A stretch of DNA of 64,000 bases. Source: the human T2T-CHM13v2.0 reference genome, Homo sapiens. How positions within the stretch are numbered: the stretch's first letter is position 1; each line of letters opens with the position of its first letter. The position numbers and the translations under genes were made by a program. Below the pieces are notes generated by a model that saw only the letters and a list, made by a program, of their open reading frames with translations, did not search any database and had not been told where the DNA came from. The stretch lies in the NCBI RefSeq assembly GCF_009914755.1, contig NC_060929.1, one strand, 5' to 3'. Below, in pieces: positions 16,420 through 29,899 of the stretch.

Positions 16420-16860
16420 TTGGGGCATAGTGAGGTGTAGTTAATAGACAAGTGTGCGCACTGTGAAGTCATGCTGCTTTGGTTCTAATACCAGTTCCAC
16501 CAATTATTAGCAGTGTGGCCAGAGGTATAGATATTGCTTAGCCTGTTTGTGCCTCAGTGGCATCATAGGGTAACAGAGATTATTATAGTCCCCACCCCAT
16601 AGGGTTGCTCTGAGGTAATGATTTAATGGTCGTACCATTAGCATTATCTGGGAATCTGCTAGAAAAGAAAATTTCCAGGCTTCCTGAGTCAGAAACTGGA
16701 AGGCCCAGCATCAGTCTGTGTTTAATACACCCCCTAGACAATGTGACAATGCTGATTTGCATTAATGTTTGAGAACCATGGGCTTAACACATGGAAGTAC
16801 TTAGCATAACACCTGGGACATAGGAAGTGCTCAGTAAGTGTCAGTAGCTTATTATTGCTG
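16420..16860 (+). mobile_element. MIR interrupted by MER5A (about 16625-16780), within the transduced segment
   Basis: MIR core 'tgtgcctcagt...cccaccccatagggttgctctgagg' and tail 'cctgggacataggaagtgctcagtaa'; MER5A 'agcattatctgggaatctgctagaa...tgtttgagaacca'. Confidence 0.65.
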
Positions 16861-17334
16861 TTATTAGCAAGGGCACTCATCACTTCTAGAGTCTTGCGTG
16901 AGGAAGTTCAGCCCAGCTCCAGAAAAGAAAGGGTAGAGCGCCATTCTCATGTTCAAGTGACCATCTGGGTTCCCAAGGACTGGTCTGTCTTGTCTTGTTC
17001 ACTGCAGAATTTCTACCCCCGACAGCAGTGCTCAGAACATAGTGTAGACTTGACTCACTGTGTGGAAATGACATCTCTTCTCACTCTGTCTCAGTGAGTA
17101 GAGTCTGGCTTTGAGAAGAGGAGGGGACTTCAACTCCTACTGGAAGCACCCCACATCTAGGGAGCATTCTTTGCTCACCTTGGACTTGTTTTCATACTCC
17201 CTTGTTAAGTAGATTGGGGTGTGTGGGGGTGAGTGGGTAGAGGGTTCCCAGGCCCCTGTGTTTATATTACAGTGTATTAATAAGAAAAGGACAATTCAAG
17301 AGAAAAGTGAAGAAAAGCCTTGTACATTACTTGA

Positions 17335-17909
17335 AAATGAATAACCAAGTGGCCAACAAACATGAAAAGGTGCTCAACATCATTAGTCTGTAGGAAAATG
17401 CATCTTAAAACCACAGTGGGATGCTACTACACATTCATCAGGAAGACCAAAGTAAAGGAGATGAAAAATACTGAGTGCTGAGGAGGATGTGGAGCAACTG
17501 AACTCTTCTATATAGCTACGGTGATAATACATTGATAAAGCCAGTTTGTTTGGAAATTTCTGCCAAAGTACATCCTATGGCCCAATATTTCTACTCATAG
17601 GTATAATACACCAATAGAAGTGTGTCAACATGATTCTCTGAAAGATAGGTGCTAGAATATTCATAGAAGCATTATATTTAATACCTCCAAACTGGAAACT
17701 ACATGAATAAAGTTGTCTGCCAAGAGTAAAATAGATAAATCAAAAGTGGCATATTCACATAAAAGAATACTACACAGCAATGAGAATTAATGACCTGCCA
17801 TTACACTCAACAACATAAAAGAATCTCATAATCTTGAGCCAAAGAAGCCAGACATGAGAGAATATGTATATACTGTCTGATTCCATTTAAATAAAGTTCA
17901 GTAGCAGAC
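17335..17909 (+). mobile_element. L1ME-type ORF2 end/3' UTR fragment within the transduced segment
   Basis: 'ggccaacaaacatgaaaaggtgctcaacatcattagtc' and 'gaatctcataatcttgagccaaagaagccagaca...gattccattt'. Confidence 0.75.
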
Positions 17910-17960
17910 AAAAAAAAAAAAGCAAAAAACAAAAGACAAAAACAAATTGGGTAATTTTGA

Positions 17961-19135
17961 TTGTTCTATCTTCAAGTTCACTGAGTATTTTTTCTTGCCA
18001 TCTTTAATGTACTGCTAAGTTTACCCAGTCAAAAATTCATTTGATTAGTATACTGCTTAGTTCTAGATTTTTTTTGGTGTAAGTTTTATTTCTTTAAGTA
18101 GATTTCCTACCTGCTCACTCATGAAGATACAATTTCTTTAATTTTTTAAGCATATTTTCACTTAATTCTTCAAACATATTTATCATAAATGCTTTAATAT
18201 CTTTAGTAAATCCAACATCTAGAGTTGAGTATGGGTCACACATTTTCATTTTTTTCTTCTCTGTCTCTTCAGTAATTTTTGATTGTATATTAAATTGCCA
18301 AATATACAATTAAGAAACTCAAGAATCTATTATCTTCTGCTGAAGACTGAATTTTTTTTCTAGTAGGCAGCTCACTTATTGATGGACCACCTTCACCCTG
18401 GGTAGACTTGGTTTTATGATTTATTTAGGGCGGATTCATGGAAAGTCCAGTCGTTTCCCCAGCCACTGTAACGTGGTGGCACTCAGCTTCCAAACTTTGT
18501 CTCCCCTCCCTTTGTCTCCCACTTCCTGATTTTTCAGGGATTGGTGTTGGGCTTTGTTACTGTAGTAGGCTTATGCCTTATTTTATGGTGTGGTCTCTAT
18601 TCCTCAGGCTCAGATTTTCTGGTATCTTAGATGGATGTCTGGGATGTTAATGAGGCGTTAATGAGTTTCATCCTCTCTGGCTAGCCTGAAACTCCAATGC
18701 CCCCAACACTGCTGGAACCTCTCTTACCTTTGCTCTGATCTCAACTCTGTGACAGCTAGTAAGCCTCATCATATTGTCTATGCTACCCAAATGCAGCCGC
18801 ATCCTCAGGCAAAGGCTTGTTGGAAACTCTCAAACAGGCTTCTGGGGGTCAGAGGGGGGTGTTTCCTGTACATCTAGGAACTGTGATTTCTTTCTTATCA
18901 GCTCAGTGGGATTGCCATGCTCTGCTTGGACTCTAGATCACTGTGTAGTGGTCAGGAAATTGTCCCCAAGCAGACGTCTGGGATAATCATGAGACTCACC
19001 TCATGAGTTTCCCTTCCCTATGGGTTCACAGAATTGTACTGCCTTTTAACCAGTGTCTGAAAACAATTACGTCATGTATTTTGGTAATTTTTGGTGAAAG
19101 GTCTAATCCAGGGCCAATTACTCCATAGAAGTCCT
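17961..19135 (-). mobile_element. Ancient L1M ORF1/5' UTR remnant (host of the L1PB1 insertion)
   Basis: 'ttgttctatcttcaagttcactgag' continues the sequence left of the TSD; ends with an old-L1 5'-end-like motif 'ccaattactccatagaagtcc'. Confidence 0.65.
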
Positions 19136-19469
19136 AGTATTTTTTTGTGTTAAACTTTCTTATTTTTTAAGGACCCTTTTAAATGCTGCCTCTTCTATGA
19201 AGTACTTCTTGATAACTGTAGCCAGAATTAATCTCTTTCTCCCTTCCATTTCTATGGCATTTTGTATTTCTTTTATCACAATGAGCCACGAATGGTATTC
19301 CTGCCCCTTGGACTGGTGCTTTGAAGGATGCCATCATTGTATTACACTTAAAACTGGTCTTTTCTGGAGTGACAGGATTAAGGAGAGACTATCAGAGTTT
19401 ATGGGTCTGCTTTCAAGATCAGAGACCAGCACGACACTTTCCCACATACTGCACGTTTTTCTCCCCCAC

Positions 19470-19870
19470 TAAAGGTAAGCTCCTTGAGAGAAAAGACTAC
19501 ACATTTTAGATCTTTGTTTCTGTGCCATTGTGCCTAGCGTAGTGCCTGACATGATGATGATGATGGCAACAGTGATATTACAATTACATCAAGCACTTAT
19601 TGAGTACTTTCTATGTGCCAGGCGCTAGGCAAAAGCATTTTATTTAATGAACAAACATTTATGTGTCATTTACCCTGTGCCAAGCATTATTCTAAGCACT
19701 AATAAATATTGATCCATATACATGTATTATCTTATTTAAACCACACAAGAACCTTATGAAGATATCTGTTATTGTCTCCATTGTGTAGATAAGGAAACTG
19801 AGGCTTGGGATATTTGGGTAACTTTCCCAAATGCTCTCACATCCAATAGGTAACAGAGTAGAGCTAGAAA
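19470..19870. mobile_element. L2/MIR fragments
   Basis: 'gtaagctccttgagag...gtgcctgacat', 'ttattgagtactttctatgtgccagg' and MIR core 'tagataaggaaactgaggctt'. Confidence 0.6.
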
Positions 19871-21689
19871 GAAATAATCAAATATTTGTTAAATTTCATA
19901 AAATTTACAGCTCTGCTTGGTAATATTTTATTCCACCTTAATGGGGAGTGTATTTTACAAAGACATAATGTGAACTCACCCTGCAGGGGTTAGTCTGGTA
20001 GCTCCAGCTGGCTGCATACCATATCCTGAACTAAGACATTAGTGCCAGGACTGAAAGTTTATGGAAAAGGAAGCCCTGTGGAGATTAATGGTCACCCTTC
20101 CACAAGCTTCCGTTTGATGGATGCTGAGTTGTCAGAGTGAGCAATGGCTGTGTGGCTGGACCCAGAATCACAAAGGCCCAATTCTTACTGATTGTTTGCA
20201 ATCACTGCTTCCAAATTAGATTGTAGGCAAAACACCAGACTTTTTAAATCACCAGAGAAAATATTGTGTTTCTCCAAGAAGATGGATCACATAGTGAGCA
20301 TGTAGTACTCACACTTTAATTCAGGTTTTATGGAGTTGTAAAATTCAGTAAGACATTTCAGTCTAATATATCAAGAAAAATCTCAATACAATATGTTTTT
20401 TCAAATATTTTTACCTTCTTCCTGGGGAAAAGAGTTGGGGAAAACTCCTGTGGTCAAAACAGACACTGCTGGGCTCCAAATTGAAGCAAGCTACCCACTG
20501 GAACATCTTTTACATAGCGTAAGGCCTTACCATTCCTCAACAGGGATAGATAAGAGCATTTTTGCACAGTAGAAGGAAGATATTTCCTTTTCATTATTAT
20601 CATTTTTTCTAAATGCTAAACAATTTTGAGAGGAAGTCTGGCTGATTTCCAGGGCCCTAGAAAATGATTGCATTTGCTTCTTTTAAGTACCATTTCTGAT
20701 GAGTTCAGCCAGTCCCAAGTCCCTACACTGTGGGGGATGCATCCTGGTGCTAAATTGATTCTGAAAGTACCAGAGACTCTGACAGCCCCTCTCCAGCATG
20801 TCCAGAATAGGCTAGTTGTAAGGCATTATACGATAATGATGCACTTCTTATACCCAAAATAAGAAGGCAACACATTCTTTATCCCTAATATTGTGACAAA
20901 AGTCAGAATGAGAGAGTGATGATGCTTGCACTCCGTTGCTGGTTCAAAGATCGACATTCATTTAAGGATGAAGAAATGTCATAGAAGACACTATTTAGAG
21001 AGTCAAATGCCTAGTTAATCTAGTATTTAGACACTCAGCTGAACTGTGAACAGTATTAAGGGGTCAGGATAGGTGATATAAGGTACAAGGCACCTTGGCA
21101 ACTGCCTTCATGGTTGTCTTGTTTCCGTGTTACTTGAGATCTCCCGGTGATTTCAAACATCAAGTGACTGGATACTCCATTTGGGAATTATGCAATGAAG
21201 TTGGACATGAATGAGATTGAATAGCCTTCAACAGATTATTTTTATTATTAACTATCATGCATTTCCTGTGAATGTATTGGAGTAATATTTTAACTGAAGC
21301 TAAATATTTACTAAAGTATCTGGCAGTACAAATTCACCTTGATGCAGGATCAAATTTGGGAATCATTTATTTAATTTTTTTTAAAATAAAAGCTTAGTTT
21401 TTCTGTAAAAAAATTTTTAAAAAATTCTACACACCTACTTTTTGAGTTAAGGGAAAGTTCCTAGTCCATAAATAACTAGTAATAATTGTACTCCGAACTC
21501 ATATTACGACCAACAAAATGATTCAAATGGAGAATAAAGTATCTCAAAAACCTAAGAGTGAAGAACTAGAAACCATTTTAAATATAATTTATAAAATGTT
21601 CTTCCCTTTAAAAAAGTACCAGGTTGTCTTTTTGGACTTAAAATCGTTGCTAGGTTATGATACCAAATGTGCTTCAATTCCTGTCTAAA

Positions 21690-21960
21690 TCGGGAAGTAT
21701 ACAGCAGGTGTGACAGCATGACTAATGAGCACAGAATTGGGAGATTGGGTACTGATTCCAGAGGTGCCTCATACTAGTTGTGTGAATGGAGGAAGTGACA
21801 TGGCCTTTCAGGGTCTCGATGCCTGTTCCTGTAAACAAAGGGGCTCCAGGCACTGCTTTATTTTATTTAATACTCACAATAATTTTATGGGATTACATTG
21901 GTCACATTTTACAGAACAGGGAACTGAAGCTTACAGAGTTCAAATGCTTTGTTCAAAATT
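21690..21960. mobile_element. MIR fragments
   Basis: MIR core-like 'cattttacagaacagggaactgaagcttacagagtt'. Confidence 0.5.
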
Positions 21961-22764
21961 AAGTTGTAGTTTTGCACCCATAAGCATAAAGAAAATTGGC
22001 TCTTGGTGTTGATTTCAGGCACCAAAAACCAAATGTACACAGGCTGAATGATCTAACACTGTCCTAGACACCCACATGTAAGAACAAATCTATCAGAGTC
22101 CAGCCAATTCTGATCGTTTCTACAGCCTTTGGGTGGTGTTTTGAAATAAAGTCTGTAACAGAAATTGCGTGGGGGAGGATTTCCAGTGAAACTGCTCCAA
22201 GGAATGCCTATGTGCAATGACTATAAATGCTGTTTGGCATCATTTAAATTGAATTGGGAATGTGCTGAATTGGGGACTGACTAAAATGTTAAACCACTTC
22301 ACTTGAACTATGTTCAAGGACAGGGCTGAAAAAAAAATTGTAAAGCCAGCTGCAAAGGGGAAAGACATCAGGTTGCCTGCATCAGCTGATGGCAGCTTGC
22401 CCTGGTCTCAACTCAACTTGGCAGCTCTCCAGTCCCAATGGGCAGCTACAGTGAGGACAGGTGAAGGTCTGAATGGGCAGCCTCAGGAGACAAAGATCCT
22501 GCAAAGGTGGCAATTTATTGCTGTCAGCTGGAAATCACCACCAACCAGAGTAAATATTTCTTAGTAATGTCATCTTTTAGCAATTAATTACATTTGTGAA
22601 CAATATTGAGACATGTGCCTTGTCACTCTGAACACCCTGCAAACTAAGACACAGCAACCCAGTTTTAATGGGTTCAGTCTGCAATGTCTGTGAAGACTCA
22701 GCTCAAGAAAAAAAGATGTAAGACTTTTGAGGTTTCCATGCACCTTGTAGTTTCATCTTGATTA

Positions 22765-23110
22765 ATTCATTTATTCATTAATTCAACAAATATTTTCTGA
22801 ATGCTCATTACATGTATATAACTCTTATAGATTCCTTGAGATACATCAGTGAACAAAACAAAGATCCCTGCTCTTATAGAAATGAAATTCCAGCAATCTA
22901 CATAATTAAGTGGAAAGAGCACTAGTTTTGGAGCCAGACAGCTCTGGGCTCTAAAGTCAACTTCCCCACTTCTTACCTGCATGCCTTAATTTGGCTGACC
23001 TTCTCTTTTCTCATGGGTAAAATGTGGGCCACAATTCCAGCTCACAGAAATGCTGTGAGGTTTGAAACACATAATGGGGGAAGCAGTGCTTGGAACCTGA
23101 AAGGTTCTAA
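22765..23110. mobile_element. L2 3' end followed by MIR
   Basis: 'attcatttattcattaattcaacaaatatttt' (L2 tail) and 'ttttggagccagacagctctgggctc...tgggtaaaatg' (MIR). Confidence 0.6.
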
Positions 23111-23307
23111 GTAAATACCACTTCTTTCTGCTTTATCCTGGCAGTGGTTTCCTTCCCAACACATGGCCATATTCCTTGCTGGAAACAGGCCAGCTACACA
23201 CCATGGACTTTGTCCTGTGCCTGCTCTGACATCAAAATGCATCCACTCTATCCTTAGTCATATTTCTAGCTACAATTGACCAGAATCTAGCAAAAATCAA
23301 GGGCGAA

Positions 23308-23698
23308 GGCTTTGGACTGAATGTATGGGCACCCCTGCCTCCTCTCACCCCACTCATATGTTGAAGCTCTAATCCCCACTGTACTGGTATTAGAAGGTGG
23401 GGCCTTTGGGAGGTAATTAGTTTTAGATGAACTCATGAAGGTGGGTCCACCATGCTGGGATTTTCCACTTATAAAAAGAAGAAGATACCAGAGCCCTTCT
23501 CTTTAGCCATATGAGGATAATGGCTAAAAGGCTAAAAGGTTATGTGGATAACTAGGAAGAGGGCTTTGCCAGACATCAAATCTGTCAGCACTTTGCTCCT
23601 GGGCTTTCCAACCTCCAGAACTGTGAGAGAGCAATGTCTGCTGTTTAAGCCAGTCAGTCTATGGGATCTTGTTAGGGTAGCCTGAGGTGACTAAGACA
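23308..23698 (+). mobile_element. MLT1A0-type MaLR solo LTR
   Basis: 'tggactgaatgt...catatgttgaagctctaatcccc...ggtggggcctttgggaggtaattag...cctccagaactgtgaga...gactaagaca'. Confidence 0.85.
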
Positions 23699-26600
23699 GT
23701 GAGCTTGACATCAACTGAAAAGAAAGGATGGCCATTGGTGCTGAGACATCCATTTTGATGGTTTGAGCACAGGGTTCCTCCCTGATAATCGCTTGGCAAC
23801 TTCTTGGGAATCTCTGCAGCCATGTCTCACATCTGAAGGTATCTCTCAGTGGGTAGGAACTTAAAGCCCCAGAAGACCACAGACAATACTCTCAGGTCAT
23901 GCCACACAAAGTGAAGTTTTTCCTTCCCAGAGTTCTCTGCTACTGTCAAACTTCCTTCTGTTTGATTATGTCGTAGTTTATTATTATGTTTTCTAATGGC
24001 ACCCAAAATTCTAACTCACTTCTGGAATATCATTTTTTCATATAAGTTAAAACATCTACCCCTTTGTACCTTTCTAACACTCTGAGGCTTTGTTTCCATT
24101 TTTTTCCTTCTTTGAGTTTTTGTCTAAACTAAACAAAAACTAACAATGACCAAGAAATTTACTAATGACCTCCTGTGTAGCTTAATCAATAGAGGATTAT
24201 ACAGAATAAAATTTTTTTGAGAATTTCAGGTATCATTATGTAGCTTTCAGGTGATAGGAGTTTTTATTGTATTATATTTTTAACAATGTCTTACTGCTAC
24301 AAATGCACTATATAATACATGCACATGACAGAAAACAGACAATACAAATAAGGACATAAAATAGTTTTTAATTCCAAGACCCTGTGATAAAGGTCATAGT
24401 CATTTTTGAGAAATACTATAGTTATTAAAGATTGGTAACCTACTTCCTTATCAATCTTTTTCACTTCCCCTTGTCATTAGATAGTTTATATAACATTTTA
24501 ATAGCTTCACAATATGCTGTTATATGGATTACCATAATTTAACCAACCACTCTCTCCCAGCCTCATCTTTTAGACTTATTTCCACACATTTTTGGCCATC
24601 ACTAACAACATCACAGTGAGAAGCTATGTAGCTACACCTTTGATCTCATCCATTTTATTTCTTTAGGATAACTTTCTAAAGGCAAAATGATGGGTCCAAT
24701 AATACAGCCAAATTCTTATAGATTCACGTATTCATTTAACAATATCTTAAGCACCTAATAATTTTTAGGCAGCAATGGCCACCAGAGAAAAATCATGTGA
24801 AAAAGGCACACAGCCTCCACGTTTGCTACGCTTACAGTATCATGAGGTTGTCCCTTTGATTCTCCTGCCAACAGAGAATGAGCGTCGTCCTTCACCTGTG
24901 AGGGTATACCTACTATGAGTTGGCTCCTTCCAAAATGCCTTCAAAAATGTGAATTTTTACATTTGTTGTATTTCAAAATAAAAATGTTCCCAATATTTTA
25001 ACATCATTTTTTGTAAAATGCCGTAATGAATTATGATCAGTGCATTGGGATGGATACTTGCAAAATGATGCCTTTTACCAAAGTTCTTGAAAGTGATCAT
25101 GGACTCCTTAAAATCAATGAACTCGTGTTTTTATGTCTCAACTTCATACATGTTTTATGCTTAAAACCTCATGTGTTCCTTGTTTTAGCATCTATGGTGT
25201 CTGGAGCAACCCAGACTTGTTCTGTCTGAATGTCACTGCATTTGTGTCCAAACAAATTAGTGTCTGAAATGGCTCAAATGAAAATACATTCCCACATGGG
25301 CCAGGGGACTGGACAAGATGGCTTTGAAATGCCTTCTAGCCCTACTTTTTTCTCCTCCTTTGTCATTTTAAAAAGAAAAAAGGGTCTTCAAAAAGAACAA
25401 AATCTGTCAGAACTCAGATAAAAATTATTCAAAATCATTAACAAAGAAAGAAATCTATCTTCCCTCAACACAAAGAGATCTCAAAATGTCATACTCAAAT
25501 CTACAACATGGAAAATCTGAACCATTGAAAATCATACATTAACTATGGTTATAAGATAGTCATCTCATCTCAGCAGCTAAAAATACACAAGGACAGTCAG
25601 AAATATTGCCATTTTTTTATAGCCAGTAAAATTGCTTCATTTTTACTCCACAAAGAAAAAGGCTCCCTTGAACACTGAACAATATTAAATTTGCTGTTAA
25701 CTCCAGTTATGCCAGATTCTGTTTTAAGGTCAGTATTTCTCCCTGCCTCTGCCAAATTCATCCCTGGCCACAGTGCCTTTCACTGCACTAGCTCTGAGTC
25801 CTTTGACATTCTTGGGTAACTCCAGCTCACTATCCTAAGATCTAGGTCTTTTTTTCTCACCTCCATTCTCGCACAGATCCTAAACACCCTTTAATACCCA
25901 TCCATGCTTATTTAAAGGTGCCAAGAGTACATGATTGAGTTCATGGCAGTGTCCTGAATATGGCTTTTGTGGTGAGAGAATAGAGAACAACATATTTTCC
26001 TGATGCTTTCAAGTAAGGCTCTGGGCAAAAGATTTGACCTTGGGAAGAAGAGGTGTGAAGTCAGTAGCCTCAGCATCAGAAGTGATAATAGTGAGACGGG
26101 GGAAGTACTATGCCAAAGGATCATTTACTTTAGAAAAATGACACAAACCTGCAGAGCAGCCACTAAAATATGTTCTCAGCTTAGGAGCCTTATATTGTGG
26201 GGAACTATAAACATTTATTTTCCTAAAACCCCTAAATCACTTTTAATTAAATTAGAGCCAATGTCCTTCAAAATACTCCTGAGGTGATGTTCTCCCATGA
26301 GGTTGCCTAAATTTGAACCAGTATGTTGTATACATGAATGAGGTTAAAAACTTCCTAGGGACCTTGCGGAAATGCAGAATCTCCGGCCCTACTTATCCAT
26401 CAACTTCATTCAGGAGGTCTGGGCTGGGGCCTAGGTAATTCTGATGCAGGTGCTCTCTAGAGATAAAATGTCTGGGCCTGGTGCATGATTTCAGACACTT
26501 TACAGAGAAAGTTAGACTTACATTTGGTGAAATGTGAGGGTTTGGAAATCATGTAGGATTTTAGCATAACGATCCTTAAGTCATGTGGTTAGGTGAGTGC

Positions 26601-26929
26601 TCAGGCAAAACAAGGGTAATAAACCTCCATATTCTATGACCAGATTTTTTTGCAGGGGAGCATCTCATCACGCAGAAAGGGACAGTTTTGGTTCTGAGCT
26701 AACCGAACGTCTCAGACAATTGAAAATATACAAATCTCTAGTAGGTTAAATATGACAGGAGCAAGTGTGTGGGTAATGAATTACAGGTATTAAAAGATTT
26801 TGGTGCTTAGCATGAATGCTTGCTTACTTAGAATTCTTGTTACAAAAGAGAGTCTGAGGGCGGATAGATAACACATGTGAATTAAAGTGTAAAGAAATTG
26901 CTTCGTTTCTGGGTCGTCTTGCCCTTTCT

Positions 26930-27465
26930 GAGCCCTTTTGAGGCTTCCATCACCTATAGGATAAAATCCAGACTCCCCAGTCTCACATGTCAAAGCATTA
27001 TCAATCAGACCCCATTTACTTACCCAGGACCCTACCGGCCCCAACACCCCAAGGACCTTTCTACTGCTCTGTGCTATAGCCCCATCCACCGTAAGAAGTC
27101 TCCCAAACCTATTCTCCTGGAGAACACACCTTGACCTCTTGGGCCCCTCATCCACTCTGTACTCCCACCTGAACCCTGTTCCATAGCAACCATCATTATC
27201 ATTTCTCAGACCTCAGTTCTAGAGCTACCTCCTCTTTGAACCCTTTCCTGATCCTCTCGGCCACCCCCACTGACTATCTGAGTTTTCACTAATAACCCCA
27301 CAGCAACCTAAACCCACTCTATATTGATTTCCAGGGCACATGGCTGCATTTATTTGTTTACTGGTCAGTCGCTCCTTATTAGATGACTACCCCTCCTGGG
27401 CAGAAGACAACTCACATGGGTGGTGGCATCACAAGGCCTTGGATTTGGGCAAATATTGACTAAAT
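26930..27465 (+). mobile_element. L2 fragment
   Basis: 'ggcttccatcacctataggataaaatccagactcc' and 'acctcctctttgaaccctttcctga'. Confidence 0.55.
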
Positions 27466-27477
27466 AGCTGATAAATT

Positions 27478-27775
27478 TATTTTTTATTTTTTTGAGATGG
27501 AGTCTCGTTCCGTCGCCCAGGCTGGAGTGCAGTTGGCGCCATCTCGGCTCACTGCAAGCTCCGCCTCCCAGGTTCACGCCATCCTCCTGCCTCAGCCTCC
27601 CTAGAAGCTGGGACTACAGGAGCCCACCACCACCCCCGGCTAATTTTTTGTATTTTTAGTAGAGACGGGGTTTCACCGTGTTAGCCAGGATGGTCTCCAC
27701 CTCCTGACCTCGTGATCCGCCGGCCTCAGCCTCCCAAAGTGCTGGGATTACAGGCGTGAGCCACCGTGCCCAGCC
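27478..27775 (-). mobile_element. AluY
   Basis: Full dimer with AluY diagnostics 'gcaagctccgcc', 'ttagccaggatgg' and 'gacctcgtgatcc'. Confidence 0.95.
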
Positions 27776-28554
27776 ATAAATATTTTTAATGTGAAATATC
27801 AAATCATTAAGTTGCTTGTGTGGACTGAAGAACAGAATCGTCATAGCGCTAACATCTTAAACCTTGTCCCTTTTTCCGATAATTTTCTCTGGAATGAGGA
27901 AGGATTGTGTGAAGAAAGTCCCTGTTTACCAGAGCAATCTATGGCTTTCCCAGTTTTAGTGCAGGTTCTTAGGATGGGTTCCCTCTGACCTCCAATCACT
28001 GTGCTCAGCATCAGATCACCAGCCACCACGTGCTCTCAGATGCTGGGGCTTGGGAGGTACAGATGGGTTAGATGAATGCCTGTATCATTTGTTTTTCATG
28101 ACTTTATTCTTGAAATAAAATAACTTCAGAATTATTCATTGTAACAGTGCAACATTTAAAATTCTGGGGGGTTTTTGTGTGTATTTGGTAATTCATATCA
28201 ATTTATTGAAGACTTGAATATACCACCCCACCTCTCCCAGCAAACCAAATGGGATTACTCAGTTACCCCAGATTGATTTCCATTCTGTTTTACAAATCAG
28301 CTTTTTCATTGCTATTCAGAAATGAAAGGACTAGCTTTGCCCCTGCTGTCACAAAACCCCCCTCAGAGCAGCTTCTAACATGGTCTGGCTGGTCCCCAGG
28401 AGATTGGTTAGATACAGTGGAATTGTCAACACTTTTAATAGCCCAAACTCAACATCCTACTGTATTTTTACCTCTAAGAAACTCTAGGGTAAAGGCTAGG
28501 AAAGCTAAAGACAAACCAAAAGCACCCTATTATTTTATGAAGATGGATTTCATT

Positions 28555-28990
28555 CCCTCATTTCTATTCATCCATTTAAATATTGATCGAGGCCCTCTCT
28601 GTGTCAAGGGTTGTGCTGAATCTTGCACATGGAGCTGACTGTCTTCAGTCTAACGGGGAGACACACGAGCAAATGGTTATAGGGCTGTGCAGGGTTCTGA
28701 GCTCTGAAGAGAGTGTGGCATTGGGCAACGTGGGGACAAAACAGAGAGCAAGAAACTTCGCATGGGGAGGTAAGAATGGCCTCCCGGTAGTAGAAGTGTG
28801 CCAGGCCAGAAGGCACCCCGGTGGGTGAGCAGGAGGAAACAGCTGCTAATCTTAGTTGAATCCCCCAACTCAGTCAGTCTGGCCACAGCCGAGGGTACAG
28901 ATGTGAAAGCAGAGACTGGTGGCTCTAAAATGAGGGCAAGCCCCAGATCTGAAAGGCCTTGCCTGCCAGGTAAATGATGACCCCTGGGAG
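28555..28990 (-). mobile_element. L2 fragment
   Basis: 'cattccctcatttctattcatccatttaaatattga...ctctgtgtcaagg' and 'aaaggccttgcctgccagg'. Confidence 0.5.
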
Positions 28991-29899
28991 ATGGCTTTGC
29001 TGTAGACTTCTACTTATAATGTGGCTTATCTCCACATGACCACACATATGCATATAATAGACGTCGCATTAGGGCAGGTGGGTAATAAAAATAATGAGAC
29101 TGCAATGATGCTATTGTGTATTTAAACTAGTCCCATATCAAATCAACGGATTTGATTATTATTTTGTGTAACCACTAATGTGTTCCTGCCACATGTCTTA
29201 GAGGAAGGGCACCCCAGAGGTACCCCAAATGCTATGGTTTCCCCAGGCTTTCCTTTCAGCTTAGCTAGAACAGGTGAACATGCTTCTAATTACCAGAGAC
29301 ATCTTTGTTCCCTCTACAAAGACAAACTTCTTTTAGCTCTTTGTGCTGTCATCCCACTCTATTAGACATTTTCTGTGGGGTGTGGATTTTGCCGTGATGG
29401 GTTTCTTTAACGGGCCTTGCTATTGCTTTTTATCTGAAAGAAACGGCTGCAAGAATTCAATGGATTATTTATTAAACAGCCCGTCCTGCTTTGAGAGACT
29501 TTTATTTTCTTTTGAGTGTTTAATAATGATTCTCCTCTTGGATGCTCTCTGCGTAAAAGAAGTTAAACTATTGAAGAAATTATTTAACTATTTTAAAACT
29601 AATACACTTTAGAATTCTGATTTGAGATAAAGTAGATTTTTATTAACAAAGGGTAAATCTCATTTTTCCCAAGTTTTCCTACTGGGAGGACAAAACCAAG
29701 AGACAGATATAGAGGGTGGGACTCAGGTGATCACAGCCCAAGGCGAAATTAATACAGGGCTCAATGTCCTGTTCGTGAAACCCAGAAGACTTCCTTGCCT
29801 TCTGGCCCTGATAAGAAACCAGAAGGCATATATGTAAAAAGAATATCCCTCATATATGACTTTTGAACAGATTTTTGTATAAATGCACAGATATGTACC

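Larger units (their letters stand above)
16320..17943 (+). other. L1-mediated 3' transduced segment with its own poly(A) signal and tail
   Basis: Lies between the L1PB1 A-tail and a second A-rich tail (17910-17943) preceded by AATAAA (17890-17895); the unit is closed by TSD aaattgggtaattttga (10211-10227 and 17944-17960). Confidence 0.88.

Noticed and set aside
22310-22564. 84-aa ATG-initiated ORF in unique DNA (similarly 28249-28638 and 43826-44083)
   Set aside because: No recognisable domain, codon bias or gene structure; the length is compatible with chance
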